Notes: generated by a model not told the origin, from the letters alone. DNA of 64,000 nucleotides from Carcharhinus longimanus (GCA_030264375.1 JASCQW010000001.1:125393038-125457037), one strand, 5' to 3'; counted from the first letter of the stretch, positions 10,078-22,961 are shown. Numbers and translations are program-made.

Positions 10078-13000
10078 ACAGTTATAAATAACAATCCATT
10101 CACTACTAGATATCATATTATCAATTTACTTGAAGCATGTTAGGTTTTAAAGAAACCTAATTATTTAAAATTTACAGCTTTCCCAATTCCAGAGACTCAT
10201 AATTTTGCATCTCCTTACTTAGAAGAAAACCAACCAGTAAATGACGTCTACAAATCTCATTTAGTGAACAGCTTTATAAGAAAAAATGTTATTCTGCATC
10301 ACTTTTTATCCTGAATAATGATCACTGGGCATACAAGATGAGGAAAACTGCAATACCAGTAAGCACTACGTGTATTAAACTTACTAAACTTAACTCCTGA
10401 TCAGCATTTAGAATGCTAAGATACTGATCAGCATTGGCATTAAATAAGGTAAATCTTAGGAAAAGGAAAGGAGGAAAGACCAGTGCTATACCTCCATCAT
10501 AAACAAGGTAAACAGTTGTGTTTTTCTTCAAAATGCTCATTTTTTACAACATATCAGAACAATTACTTTATTATTCTTCACCCTGGAAACCAACAATAAA
10601 TTGATTCTGATATTTGTGCAAACAGTTTTAAAGGAAAAACAAACCACATCTCTTTCCTTCCTCCCTTTCCCAAAGATTTATCTTATTTATGGACTGCAAT
10701 GTTAAAATATAGGAAAAAGCTATATTTTGAATAAAAAGATTACTTCATGGGCTACTTCCAATGGAGATTTAACTTCCTTAGTTTCTTTCTAAAACTAAAA
10801 AATACATTTTTTGTTCTGACAGCTCTTGTAATTTACATTTAGTAAAACCTTCCCATTTAACAATTTGATTCCTAAATCCAGCTGCTGTTAATTTTTGGAT
10901 TGTCTACAGGGAGTAAAACAAAGTGTTGTAGTTTTACTGTGAATAAAAACCCCTTTGCTGTTTAATGAAGTGGAATCACAAAACCCCTTAACCCTCCCAC
11001 CACTCAAAGATCTACCTACAATTCTAGTGCCAGTGTTTCTCTTGGGGGAAGATCATCAGCCAGCCATCAGTTGCGTTGTAACTTTGCAGAGTGTTTATTA
11101 CAAGAATTATATTAGCAAACCCTCTTCTCTATTGCCATTTCTAATATAGATAGTCCCCCATTAGACTTAATTTCTTCCAGATTTATTTCAATAAAATAAC
11201 TTTCACAAATTACTGAGAATAACAAACTTCGATCTTTTCAACTTGTTAAAAGAACAGTTAGCTGTTTTGTGGCACTTTGCTCACTGTATATTTCTGAGTG
11301 CAAAGTGTTATGCAAGGGACCTAGAAATTCATGACCATTTTGTGTTTTATCACACTTCACATGAAAATTTATGACTGGGTGACTCGGGGATGCTTGAGCT
11401 ATGTGTTCCAGGGCTTGCCCCAACTGATAACAACCTTGTTGGCGTGAAAGTGTGATGCAGATTATGACAGTTACAACTTTCTGTTTTGTTTAAACTGTCA
11501 GTGGATTTCCTGGCTCACAGCTCAGTGCAGTGGTGTGTTCGGGTTGCATGTATTCATTCTAAAATGGAGAGATTGCACAGGCAGATCTCAGCCAAGACTA
11601 ATTGATGAGGAGGGTATGGAAGCAAAATTTACTGTTCTGTTGAGTTGTTCCATATTGTTAGGTGTTCTGAAGGCATCATGTAGTCACAGCTCCTTTCTTG
11701 TCAGATTGGGCCCTAGACAGGAGCTGACAATCAAACAGGGTAAAGGCAGGAGCCAACACTAGAAGGATATTGATTTTTCAGTTATCCCTAAGTAGTTTGC
11801 ACTATGGATAATGGGTGGTGAAGGCAGGTATGTCATTATCAATGAGCTCCACAACAGTAGCCACAACCTTCCCTCATATTTCCTTCAGCATTGACAGAGA
11901 GCATCTAATGATGGTCAATAAATTGCTCGACCTCTTTGTGACAAGCACATAAAAGATTTCTGAGCAGTTTATTTGAAAATCTGACGGGGTACTGTATATA
12001 GTGGGATGATTTCATTATCTGACAGTTTGGCAAAACTGTAAAAAAAATAAATTGTAAAGGTAGCAAAATGATTATATTTGGAAGGTTGGCAATTTTATAT
12101 TGAGTTATAATGATGTGATATTTTTGACCCAAACAGAATTCTATCATTTATCCTAATTATAATAGCTGAAACATGACACAATCGAAAGAGAAAAAATTGT
12201 ATTTACTGTTTCTTTAGGCTCGGAAGTTATCAGTTCTAATGTAATACCACATTTACCTTAATGTTTTAATTGATCACAGTATCTTCCTTCACCTTCACCA
12301 CCACCACCAACTTAAAGTGATGGCACTGCTGTCTCTGAGATCTACCTAATGACATAGTTTTGGCCTGAAATGCAGGCATTCATCTATTAAATTGCTGATG
12401 GTGAGTCAAACATGTCAGTTTATCTGTGCAACCTTTTTTGAACCAGTTTTGTGCTCAATGGACAGCGTAAAACTTTCCTCAGCTAGCTGGGAAGGTATAG
12501 TAATGAAAAATAAGTTTGCAAATTGAGACTTCTAAGTGCTTGCATATTATTGGTGTGTGTGTATGGAAACTAAAATGTGGCATTAATGGTACTGGAGGAG
12601 GATTTTGCAAATTTAACTTCTGATTGGACAACGCTGATTTGGAGTCATATAATCATTTGTAGTACAGAAGGAGGCCATTTGAGGATAACAGTGTAAGTTA
12701 AATTGTTGGAAGTCTTCAGAAATTAGTTCATCTTGATCATTACTTTATAGAATATGCACGTTGTTGGACGAGTAAGTGCAGGATTGGATTGTTGAACATT
12801 ACACCAACTGCGGAATTGTGTGCTTAGTCTATGGCTTTCGAAACAGGCTGACAATTTTAAAACTTAAACAGACTGAAATGAAACAGAAGCGTAAATGTTT
12901 TGAAAAACTTCCTGAAATAACCGATTGCTACAGTTTCTTGTTTAACTTTTTTTTTGAGGTGATACAGAACAGAAGCCTAATGTTGGGTCACGACTTTACT

Positions 13001-13439
13001 GCTAAGAAGCAAAGACAATGCAACTTAAATAAATTTGTGATAAATGCTATTTCTTTCTTGTGTATTTTAAGTCTCAGTACAAAAATAACAATGATATGCA
13101 GTGATAATGTAATATTCAGATCACGTTTGTCAAATGCATATTTTCTGGATATAAAAAGTAGCTAGTTGCATGTTAGATGAGATATTTATCAAGTAGTATA
13201 GCATGAAGAAATTTGTTTCTCTCAACAATTGTCGATATTTTTCATGCTTTACACTGGATTTCACTAGAAATATTGTTAAATCTCAAGTTTTTAGTGACTT
13301 GCACATTTTTTGATTGAACTGCTACCAAGATCGACTAACATCAGTGCAAATTGGTACACGCTCCTTCTGACACACACGCTTTCCACTCCCATGCTGTACA
13401 TGCATGCATGCGTGTCTGTGTTGATGATTTTTTAATCTC

Positions 13440-13847
13440 AAAATCAGGGCCGAGATTCCAGTGCTGCACTGTTGGAGCTATCGTCGTTCAAATGAGACAT
13501 TAAACAATGGGATCTTTTACCTCCACCTCACGGCGCTGTTTTGAAGATAATCAATGTAATTATCCCTTCTGCTCTGGGTAATATTTATCCATCCATCAAT
13601 ATCATACAAACTGATTAGCTGAGCACATTGACAATGTTTATTGTTACTATGACTTGATCACAAAAAATATGTCTGTTGTTGGACTAGAAGTATGGGAATT
13701 AACTATCACATAACTGTTTGCAGGATTTACTGTGTACACATTTGCTGTTGTGTTTCCTTCAATTTAAGAGTACATCGTTGGCTGTAAAGTGCTTTGGAAT
13801 GTCTGGTGATCATGAATGATCGTCTATAAATAAATGCAAATCTCTTC
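13440..13847 (+). mobile_element. DeuSINE (SacSINE1/AmnSINE1-like) copy
   Basis: gtgctgcactgttggag...atgagacattaaac...aatatttatcc...ttggctgtaaagtgctttgg...ataaatgcaaatct matches the recalled Deu-domain SINE; homologous to 53165-53428. Confidence 0.7.
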
Positions 13848-14429
13848 TGTTTATCCTTGTTACCTAGGCCCATCTATTTCTCTTTCTCTCGTGGTTCCAC
13901 TTGAATGTAATTTTCCTAATTACCAGTTATTGGTGGAAAACACTTTTAGAAGTGCAAGAGAGAACTGAGAATGTATCTGAAAATTATTTTTGCACCAAAC
14001 GTGTGCTGCTTAGCTTCCTTTATTAATTGTAATTGTACTATTTTGGAAGTAGTTGTCTTCATGCCTAAAAACGTTAAGGTCCCAGCTGCAGTCAAGAGAT
14101 GTTTCTTACTTCTTGGCTTGTTACCGCTTTGCTTATTGTCTTGCTATAGCAAAATGTATTATGTCATGGGCTGATGGGAAATGAGTTTGTTTTTCTCCTT
14201 TCAGTCTTATTCAAAGCCGAGGGGAATACCTCACACTGATAAGAGGCTCTAGCCCTGAATAAATTGGAAAGTTGGATCTTATGTTATCTGAAATATTCTC
14301 ATGCATCTCCTAATGATTGTATCAGGCAAGTTGCCTGTGGTATGCATGTCTTTTGAGAATCAAATAAGCAAGATGATTAGATAATATTGGACTCGACTGC
14401 AGTTCTACACACCAGACAGAATAGATGCA

Positions 14430-14810
14430 CTCTCTTATCTCTAGAAAGGAGAAGACCGAGAGGTTACCTGATAGGGATGTCTAAAATTATGAACTTGTTT
14501 AAAAGATTGATCTAGAGAAGATATTTTTACATATGGTGAGTGCAAAGCAAGTGGCCATAAAACAAAGACAGTTGTTAATCAATCCAAAATGATATTCAGT
14601 AGAAATCTCATTACTTGGAGTGTGGTGAGAATATGGAACTCTTGAGCAATCTGGTTAAGACAAATAACGTTAGTACCTGAAGAAAGGAATAGAAGAATAT
14701 ATTGACAGTGAGCTGAAATAAGATAGGAAGAGGAGGCTCCTGTGGAGCATAAACACTAGCGCAGACCTATTGGCCAAATGTTCTGTTTGTGTGCTGTACA
14801 TTCTATGTAG
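14430..14810 (+). mobile_element. CR1 LINE 3' end, heavily decayed
   Basis: tctctagaaaggagaagaccgagaggttacctgatagggatgtctaaaattatg encodes an SLERRRxRGxLIxxxKIM-like CR1 ORF2 C-terminus; ends ttctatgta. Confidence 0.7.
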
Positions 14811-15587
14811 GTAAAGGACAGTTAGGACTGGTCATTCAGTGCTATGCAACATATTTCATTAGATTTTTGGTTGATTTTTGCATTTAGAGCAGCATATTTT
14901 GCTTCATTGACACAGGAAATTATTTTAGATTTATCCACATATTAGTTTGGGTGCTATATTGGCAAATAATCATTTACTAGCTTTAAATTAAGGGATAAAG
15001 TCTAGCTTAAAGCTTCAGTATCCTTTTGGTTATTGAAGTAATCCAAGATATTCAAACAGGTTTAGACTTATTTCCAAGGCTTTGGGTTTGCCAGTCTTGT
15101 GGTAATGAAGGTAGTTAATAATTTACTTAGTGGGTCAGTTCATGGCATGTACCCAAAGACCATCTGCATGTGGAACCAGCCACTGGGTCACGACCTCCTG
15201 GGTATCCATTCCTCCACACATCTGCAAGCAAGATATGAAAATGATGAGCAATGGTGCACTCAACTAGCTGATGGCCATGACCTCTGGACACTGACTGTTT
15301 GGAATGGCATTGGAAGAGATGAGCATAAGTGAAAAGCTCAGGTGGTTGAGAAGAGGGCTCAGAGAAAATAGGGGCTAGCAAATCATGCATCTGCTCAGCC
15401 AACAGTCTTACTCTTTAGTATATGCAGGAGGGACTGCCATTCCAAGTTGAGGCTCTTGAGCCACACCAGATGATGTTTGTCACAGAATTGGCCACTGCAG
15501 CACAAGCCATTGTCTTAGGAGATGGAAGGCAGCCACTGTGGATCACTAATTTCTTTTAACAGCTGGTTTAAATATTGTTAGCCACAT

Positions 15588-15652
15588 ATGGCGGCACGGG
15601 CTCGTTGGGCCAAAGGGCCTGTTTCCCATGCTGTGTTGTTCTTTGTTCTTTG
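15588..15652 (+). mobile_element. Short CR1-type 3' tail with (TTCTTTG)n
   Basis: ggcggcacgggctcgttgggccaaagggcctgtttcccatgctgtgttgttctttgttctttg; near-identical to 54490-54553. Confidence 0.75.
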
Positions 15653-17994
15653 TATTTTTTCTCCTTAGATTGAAACGTGTCTTGTTTTGCAATGCAGTGG
15701 AGCCTTTTTCCACTTGCACCTAATGCTTTTATATCAACTGTCCTTCAGTTAGGTGTAGGTCAAGTTAAAAGCAAAATGAAGCTTGGTCTATTTTATGTCA
15801 GTAATTTGCTTTAAGTTCCACCTCAGTAGAACATTTGCCATTGCACTAATGTGATGTTTCCTTTTGGACATCAGCCATCTTTAGAATTTGCAATCAAATA
15901 TCGGCACCTTTGTGCCGAATTGTCTTTCCCATTTGCAACTGAATCGAGCCCCAAGCTCATTTCACGTAGGACCTTTAAAACCAGCAGAGGACTGTTACTC
16001 CACTGGCCAGCTGGATGTGAACTGAGTGGTGAAACAACAATGGTTTAGTTTATTGCACCACTGTTTCATAGAATGTGATTTGTAAACATGTGTTATTTAC
16101 TCCTCCTGACTGGCTTGCTAAAATATTGTCACTTTAAATTATTATATGATATAAAAAGTGGGGATCTTGCATCCTTTCTAACCCTGGTATTCATGTCTGC
16201 TGTTTATAATTTAGAAGCACTTTGTGTGTCACTGTGCTTAAAACCTGGAGTGAAAGCTTGTGTTTTATTTTAGTAGAAAACCATTATGTGAGCTTTATGT
16301 TTACTTGGAGCTGAGATTAAAAACTTATCAATGAGGAGGTGTCGCAGCTGCATCAGTTAGAAACTCTCAATTCATCATTCACCACTGTACATTAGATTTT
16401 AAATATTGTACATCAGATATAAGTGATGGTTCATCTCACTCTCTCCCCATGTCAATTCTACAGAATTAAATTTTCAATTTTCTTATTTTTTTGAAGTTTT
16501 ATGTTAGCAGCTGTTGGAGACTGACTTTTTTGATTGCATTTACTACAAAAGTAGATAAGACCACTTTAAAACAAAAATGAAATTCCTAAGTTGGCTGTTA
16601 GGGACAGCTGAGTTGAGCCCCAAGTTCTTGTCACACAGGACTCATAAAACCAACGGATTCGAGTGGATTTAACTCGCTCTTGCATCCAAAAAATCATTAC
16701 ATCCTGTCAAGTGCCGTATTCTTCAAAATGGTATTATCCCTTTGAAGATCAGCTATCTTCTGCTTTCAAAACAGTGAAAATGTTTTTTGCCATACCTTAC
16801 AACAATGAGTTTCTTTTAAGTTTACTTAATGTATTTGTATGCCCAACCTTGTTTTTAAATTAATAGAAGCAGGGAAGAGGCTGAAAACTAAAGAGGTTTC
16901 AAAGTTGTCTTGTTTAAATTGAAATACTTTAATATCAGTTGCAGATAAAGTTTTGGACTCTCACTCTTTACTTACTGTCACTTCTTTCTGAAGTCCCAAT
17001 CCTCTTCCGTATATCACTGTCTAGTCAATAAGGTTGGTTCTTACAATTTTTATCTTTATTTTCATCACTTTCTGTAAGTTAAGATTGAAGTACTGCAATG
17101 TCTTAATGAATAATGTAATCAGATATAAGATAATAACATAAACGATAACTTCAAAAGCAGCTTATTTTGAAGCAGATTTATTGAAATGTGTGTTACGGAT
17201 TATCTTGAATCTTCCTTGTAAAACACTGTAGTAGAATGAAGCTATCTTATTGTCACTAGCATTTTAGCTTTTTGTGTTTTTAGAAGAGTGGTAATTGAAA
17301 GTGACAATATGGATAATCCATTGCATCTCTACAGACTTAAATTTAAGAAATTTACAGAAAAGCCTTTGCTCAAATGTAACATTAAAAAAGTGTTTTTAGA
17401 AGTACACATTCCGAGTTAACTGTCTCAAACAGAAATTTGTCAGCGTACAGAATTAAGTACCGTGCATCCAAGTTAAACCTTTTACTCTAAACCTGCTGCT
17501 ATTAACACTGAATTATTTTGTCAGTGCATACTCTTAAAGGCTTTCGCACATTGAAGGTTAATGTTTCAGCTGGAGCAATTGATGTCTAATTATGTTTTGA
17601 AGTTCAAACATTAAGTTTTGAAGCAATTCTTTTTTTGAAGAGACAGTTTTGGTGCTGTAGGATGAAATGGTTTCCCATTAAGTAAATTACTGATTTTTCA
17701 TGTACTGGCATAAGGAAGCGTCAAATTGAAGTAGATGTTCCTTCATATGAAGGGAACATGTTCCCAGACTGTCAATCACTTCCTCACAACTAATTTTAGT
17801 GGCATTGGCAGAGATTTGGAGAAACTGATGCACATATGGCAGACCTGAGAAAAGGGAATAATTGTCTTCTCCAAAGAGAAATTCTAATCTTCAATACCAA
17901 GAAAGAAGAAACTATGCTTGGACATCCTTATTATTCTCGTATGCAAAACATGTTAACTTTTATAATGTAATTTTAGATTTTATTTTTCATCTGC

Positions 17995-18165
17995 ATTCAG
18001 TGAACCCTTAATCTTAAAATTCTCATTCTTGTGTGTTCAGTTCTCTTCATGAGCTTACCCCTCCCTGTAAGTAAAACCTCTTCTAAATCTACATTCCTTA
18101 CGTTCTTTGCATTCCTCCAATTCTGGTTTCTTGCAAGTCCCAGACTTTGTCACTCCGCCATCCAT
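17995..18165 (+). mobile_element. L2-type LINE fragment
   Basis: ttaaaattctcattcttgtgtg...ctccaattctggtttcttgcaagtccc is homologous to the L2 3' region at 47700-47830. Confidence 0.5.
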
Positions 18166-18450
18166 GAATCATAGAGAAGTTACAACACAGAAGGAGGCCA
18201 TTTGGCCTATCTTGTCCATGCCAGCCTAATGATGCCGAGGTCCCCTTTCTAATCACACCTTCCTGCACTCAGCCCATTGCCCTGTAGCTTACAGAACTTA
18301 AGATCCACATACATTTTAAAATAGCTTAAGGTCTCTGCCTCCACTACCAACTTGGGTAGCATATTCCAGACACCCACTATTCTCTATGTTAAAAAAAAGT
18401 TCTTCTTCATGTCCCCTCTACACCTTCTGCCACTTATCTCGAATCTATAT
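18166..18450 (-). mobile_element. CR1 LINE 3' UTR fragment
   Basis: gaatcatagagaagttacaacacagaaggaggccatttggcc...tctgcctccactacc...attccagacacccact is a typical reverse-strand CR1 3' end. Confidence 0.75.
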
Positions 18451-18457
18451 TCAACTC

Positions 18458-19776
18458 GCTGTTGGAGAGAATTCTTCAAGACAGTATTTACTCCCACCTG
18501 GAAGTAAGTGGAAGTATTAATAAGAGGCAACATGGTTTTGTGGAGGAGAGGTCGCACCTTACTAACTTGATCAAATTTTTTAAGGAAGTGACAAAGATGA
18601 TTGGTGAGGGTAGGCAGTGGATGTTGTCTACATAGACTTCAGTAAGGCCTTTGACAAAGTCCCTCATGGCAGACTGGTACAGAAGGTGAAGTTGCATGGG
18701 ATCAGAGGTGAGCTGGTAAAGTGGATACAAAACTGGCTCGGTCAAAGAAGACAGAGGGTAACAGTGGAAGGGTTTGTTTCTGAATGGAGAGATGTGACAA
18801 GTGGCGTTCCTCAGGGATTAGTGCTGGGGTTTTTGCTGTTTGTAATATCTATAAATGATTTGGAGGAAAATGTAACTGGATTGATTAGTAAGTTTGTGGA
18901 CGACACAAAGGTTGGTGGATTTGTGGATAGCGATAAGGACCATCAGAGGATACAGCAGGGTATAGATGAGTTGGAGACTTGGGCGGAGAGATGGCAGATG
19001 GAGTTTAATCCAGACAAATGTGACGTAATGCATTTTGGAAGGCCTAATACAGATAGGAAAAATGCAGCAAATGGCAGAACCCTTAGGAGTATTGATAGAC
19101 AAAGGGATCTATGTGTATGGGTACACAGGTCACTGAAAGTGGCAATGCAGGTGGAGAAGGTAGTCAAGAAGGTGTACAGCATGCTTGCCTTCATCGGCAG
19201 GGGTATTGAGTTTAAAAATTAGCAAGTCATGTTGATGCTTTATAGAACCTTAGTGAGGCTGCACTCGGAATATAGTGTTCAATTCTGGTCGCCACACTAC
19301 CAGAAGGATATGGAGGCTTTGGAGAGGGTACAGAAAAGATTTATCAGGATGTTGCCTGGTGTGGAGGGCATTAGCTATGAGAAGAGGTTGGAGAAACTTG
19401 GTTTGTTCTCACTGGAACGACGAAGGTTGAGGGGAGACCTGATTGAAGTCTACAAGATTATGAGAGGTATGGACAGAGTGGATAGTCAAAAGATTTTTCC
19501 TAGGGTGGAAGAATCACTTACTAGGGGGCATAGGTTTAAGGTGCGAGGGGCAAGTTTTAAAAGAGATGTACGAGAGTGGTGGGTGCCGGGGGAGGTAGTG
19601 GAAGCAGATATAGTAGTGACTTTTAAGGGGCGTCTTGACTAGTACATGAATGAGATGGGAATAGAGGGATATGGTCCCCTGAAGTGTAGGGGGTTTTTGT
19701 TAAGTCGGGCAGCATGGTCGGTGCAGGCTTGGAGGGCTGAAGGGCTCTTCCTGTGCTGTAATTTTCTTTGTTCTTT
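18458..19776 (+). mobile_element. CR1 (HER1-like) LINE, 5'-truncated, RT domain to 3' tail
   Basis: ORF 18617-19222: DVVYIDFSKAFDKVPH...SGVPQGLVLG...KFVDDTK...WQMEFNPDKC. After one stop, ORF 19229-19642: LYRTLVRLHSEYSVQFWSP...LERRRLRGDLIEVYKI. Tail ttctttgttcttt. Confidence 0.95.
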
Positions 19777-19780
19777 ATAT

Positions 19781-20232
19781 CCTATTCCAAGAAGACACTT
19801 GTCTGATCTCACTGCAGTCTATAACTGATTCTCTTTATAAAACTTCAATCTGGTATCCTAATAGATCACAAAACATTAAAACAATTATCATGATTTATTT
19901 AATTCTGCATCCAATGACAAAATAGGGTGTACAATCATACTATACAATAGAGGGGCACTCCATCCACTTTAAGATCCATATAATATAAAAATTGAAACAT
20001 TAAAAACCTTCAGTGGACAAGATGATGGATCATAGCCATTCATGATTTATGACAATATTCCTCCTGTCTCCCCAGTTGTGGCCGTCAGACTCCAGAGTGA
20101 GCTAGTTACAAGCTGGTTTTGGTCCTCTTCCAAAAGGAAGACATTTGTCTGATCTCCCTGCTGTTTGTAACTGGTCCTGTTTATTACACTTTGATCTGGT
20201 ATTGTAACATATCACAGAACGTTCAAAATAAT
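19781..20232 (+). repeat. Diverged direct repeat of ~105 bp (19781-19886 and 20124-20232)
   Basis: cctattccaagaagacacttgtctgatctcactgc...atctggtat...atcacaaaac vs cctcttccaaaaggaagacatttgtctgatctccctgc...atctggtat...atcacagaac. Confidence 0.75.
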
Positions 20233-20417
20233 CCAGAACTCAGCTTGTGTACAATAATTTCAATTTGGAATACTAGCATTTGAATTATCATGGCAAAGAC
20301 ACTTGGGACTATTTTGTCATGTATTTAGTGCCTAGACAATGTTCTTTGGGGTATATCTATTCTTCCAAAGAATGCTGCTTGAGACTGTAGTTTAGTTAAA
20401 ACTGTTGCTCTTTATTT

Positions 20418-20730
20418 ACAGTGGCACAGTGGTTAGCACTGCCACCTCACAACGCCAGGGGCCTGATTTCAATTCTGGCCTTGGGTCCTTGTCCGTGTGG
20501 TGTTTGCACATTCTCCCCATGTCTACGTGGGTTTCCTTCGGGTGCTCTGGTTTCTTCTCACAGTCAAAAGATGTGTGGGTTAGGTGGGTTGACAATGTTA
20601 AATTGTCCCTTCATGTCAGGGGGATTAGAAGGGTAAATAGGAGGGGTTACGGGGAAAGGGCTTGGATGGAATTGTTGTCTGCGCAGGCTCGATAGGCTGA
20701 ATGGCAGGTATTCTATTCTATGATTCTATA
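20418..20730 (+). mobile_element. HE1-type V-SINE
   Basis: gtggcacagtggttagcactgcc head, V core (ttctccccatgtctacgtgggtttcc), attctattctatgattct tail. Confidence 0.9.
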
Positions 20731-20953
20731 TACATGAGGTTAGAACTTCTTTTCCCTCGAGATTGGTTACTCCATCATGTGAAGTTACACCATCATTACA
20801 TCAGTATCATGGTGCTTTTGATGTGATTGTTTTAACCCTTTACTCTGCAGGTACAAAGATGGAACCATACTTATAAGAAACAAGGAGATGAATTTGAATG
20901 TGGAAGCTTACAAAAAATAAAGGCTGATTCACCCTTGCATTAGACAGCTTTTT

Positions 20954-21265
20954 ATAAAATCCCCATAGTGCAGAAGGAAGCCATTCGGCCCATTGGGTCT
21001 TCACCAACCACAATCCCACCCAGGCCCTATTCCCGTAACCTCTCATACTTAACCTGCTGATCCCCCTGACACTGAGAGGCAATTTATCATGGCCAACCAA
21101 CTAAACCAGCACATCTTGGAGGAAACCAGAGCACCCCGAGGAAACCACACAGACATGGGGAGAATGTGCAAACTCCACACAGACAGTGACCCAAGGCTGG
21201 AATTGAACCCAGGTCCCTGGCGCTGTGAGGCAGCAGTGCTAATCACTGTGCCACTGTGCCGCCCC
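20954..21265 (-). mobile_element. HE1-type V-SINE, near full length
   Basis: Reverse complement begins GGGGCGGCACAGTGGCACAGTGATTAGCACTGCTGCCTCACAGCGCCAGGGACCTGGGTTCAATTCC with A and B boxes. Confidence 0.9.
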
Positions 21266-22721
21266 GGCATTTTAATTATAATGTGGCACAATTTAATTCT
21301 CCTGAAGCCCATATTCTTTCATTCCAACATTAACAGATAGTGGCTTGAATGAACTAAAATGAAGTTGAAACACCAAATCAAATCTGTTTGCTTCTCTGAT
21401 AATAACATACTCCCACCAAATGGCGTAGATCTTGATTTTGCGTAACAGTGTGGAATGCACGATGCCAACTTGGCTGCTTCTTTTACGTCTCAGCTGATTT
21501 ATATTTCCATTGAACTCATAATAAATAAAAAGCAGAAGAGATGTGAAATAGACTGCTGACTCACTGTCACCCAATATGGACAAAGTCAAGGGCTAGTTCG
21601 CTGACTCCACACCTCAATATCTTCACTAATGCTTGTGGATGACCAACTATTCTGTTGTAATCAGGTAACAGGAAACTATAAGGAATACATGACAGTTAAC
21701 ACTGGTAAAAGGAAAATATTCCATTAAAACCTGTTTGCGTAATCTACAATCAACAAGAGCAGGCTATGTTGTGGTTAAGTCATCATGCATTCCTTTTATG
21801 GTGTACAAACATCATAGGACTGGGAACCCTTTCATATATTTTAATTGTGCAGCTAACTTCTTGTTAATCAAATACTCCCTTCCACAGAGGCAGGACAGCA
21901 CCCAGTAAACACAGTCGAACAAGTCATTTTTTTACAGTTTATCATTAGGCCCCCAAGTAGCCCTGGGTCAGGCATGCACTCACTGTTGCTATGGCATGTT
22001 GCTAGGCCCCAAGCAACCCCCATGTGCTGATGTATTCAAAAGAGTTTTGCTGAATAGTTCACAGTTTTATGGCGCAATTAAGAGGTTACCAATTCAGGCT
22101 ATAGGACAAAAACGTTTGATTTCCTGTGGCAGAAAATTTGAAGACGCATGTAAATCTTGCCACCGGGAGTTAAAAAGGTTCGAAACGTAGCCAGCATGGG
22201 TCAGCTTAAAGAATACCGCAGTTTTAAAAGAGAGTAGCAGGCTCCTGCATGGATTCCACTGGTGACAACAGCAGCTGGAATGCATGACTATTTGCATGAA
22301 GTGGAAAACAGCTGCATCACATTGCTAACCTCTGGGACAATGTGCATTCAATATGTGTTTAGACAGATTCGGTTGGGATTTGAGGTCAGTGCACTGTCAG
22401 CTACTGCGAGTGGGCCTGCAAATACCAGGCATATAAAATAAAAACCTTTACTTTCAAATCTCTGATTGTTACTTTTCGTCAAAGGTCAAGAGATGAGATG
22501 CGTTGAGGTAAAGGTAGAGAAAGAGAACAGAAGTATTGCCCTAACTGGCCTAGATCTGTATTCTGAACATAGAACATAGAATGAGCTCAGTGATTGGCTA
22601 TATAAAAACTGTCAAGTGTAAAGCCATGCATTGCAGTGAAGTACTTACAGATATGCTAGCAATGTGTGAAGGTGGTATATAAATGCACTTCTCTCTTTGT
22701 TATAAATGTACATATTTTTCT

Positions 22722-22945
22722 TCATTAATTTGTGGGATATGGGTGTCACAGGCTGGCCAGCATTTATTGCCCATCCCTAGTTGCCCGAGGGCACTTGAGA
22801 GTCAACCACATTGCTGTGGCTCTGGAGTGACGTGCAGGCCAGACCAGGTAAGGACAGCAGATTTCCTTCCTCAAAGGACATGAGTGAACCCTCTGGGTTT
22901 TTACAACAATCGACAATGGTTTCAGGGTCATCAGTAGATTCTTGT
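22722..22945 (-). mobile_element. 3' half of a second SINE family sharing its tail with the LINE at 31590-33022
   Basis: gctggccagcatttattgcccatccctagttgccc tail matches 62002-62040 and the reverse complement of 32955-33020; the body is not LINE-derived. Confidence 0.65.
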
Positions 22946-22961
22946 ATATGCTTACATTACT

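Noticed and set aside
11535-11900. Probable very old repeat remnants (also ~15170-15540 and ~12230-12490)
   Set aside because: Composition suggests decayed TEs, but no family or boundaries can be supported from the sequence alone.
12776-13165. 129-aa ORF and the other short ORFs in unique AT-rich DNA
   Set aside because: No recognisable domains; composition typical of random AT-rich frames, many with non-ATG starts.
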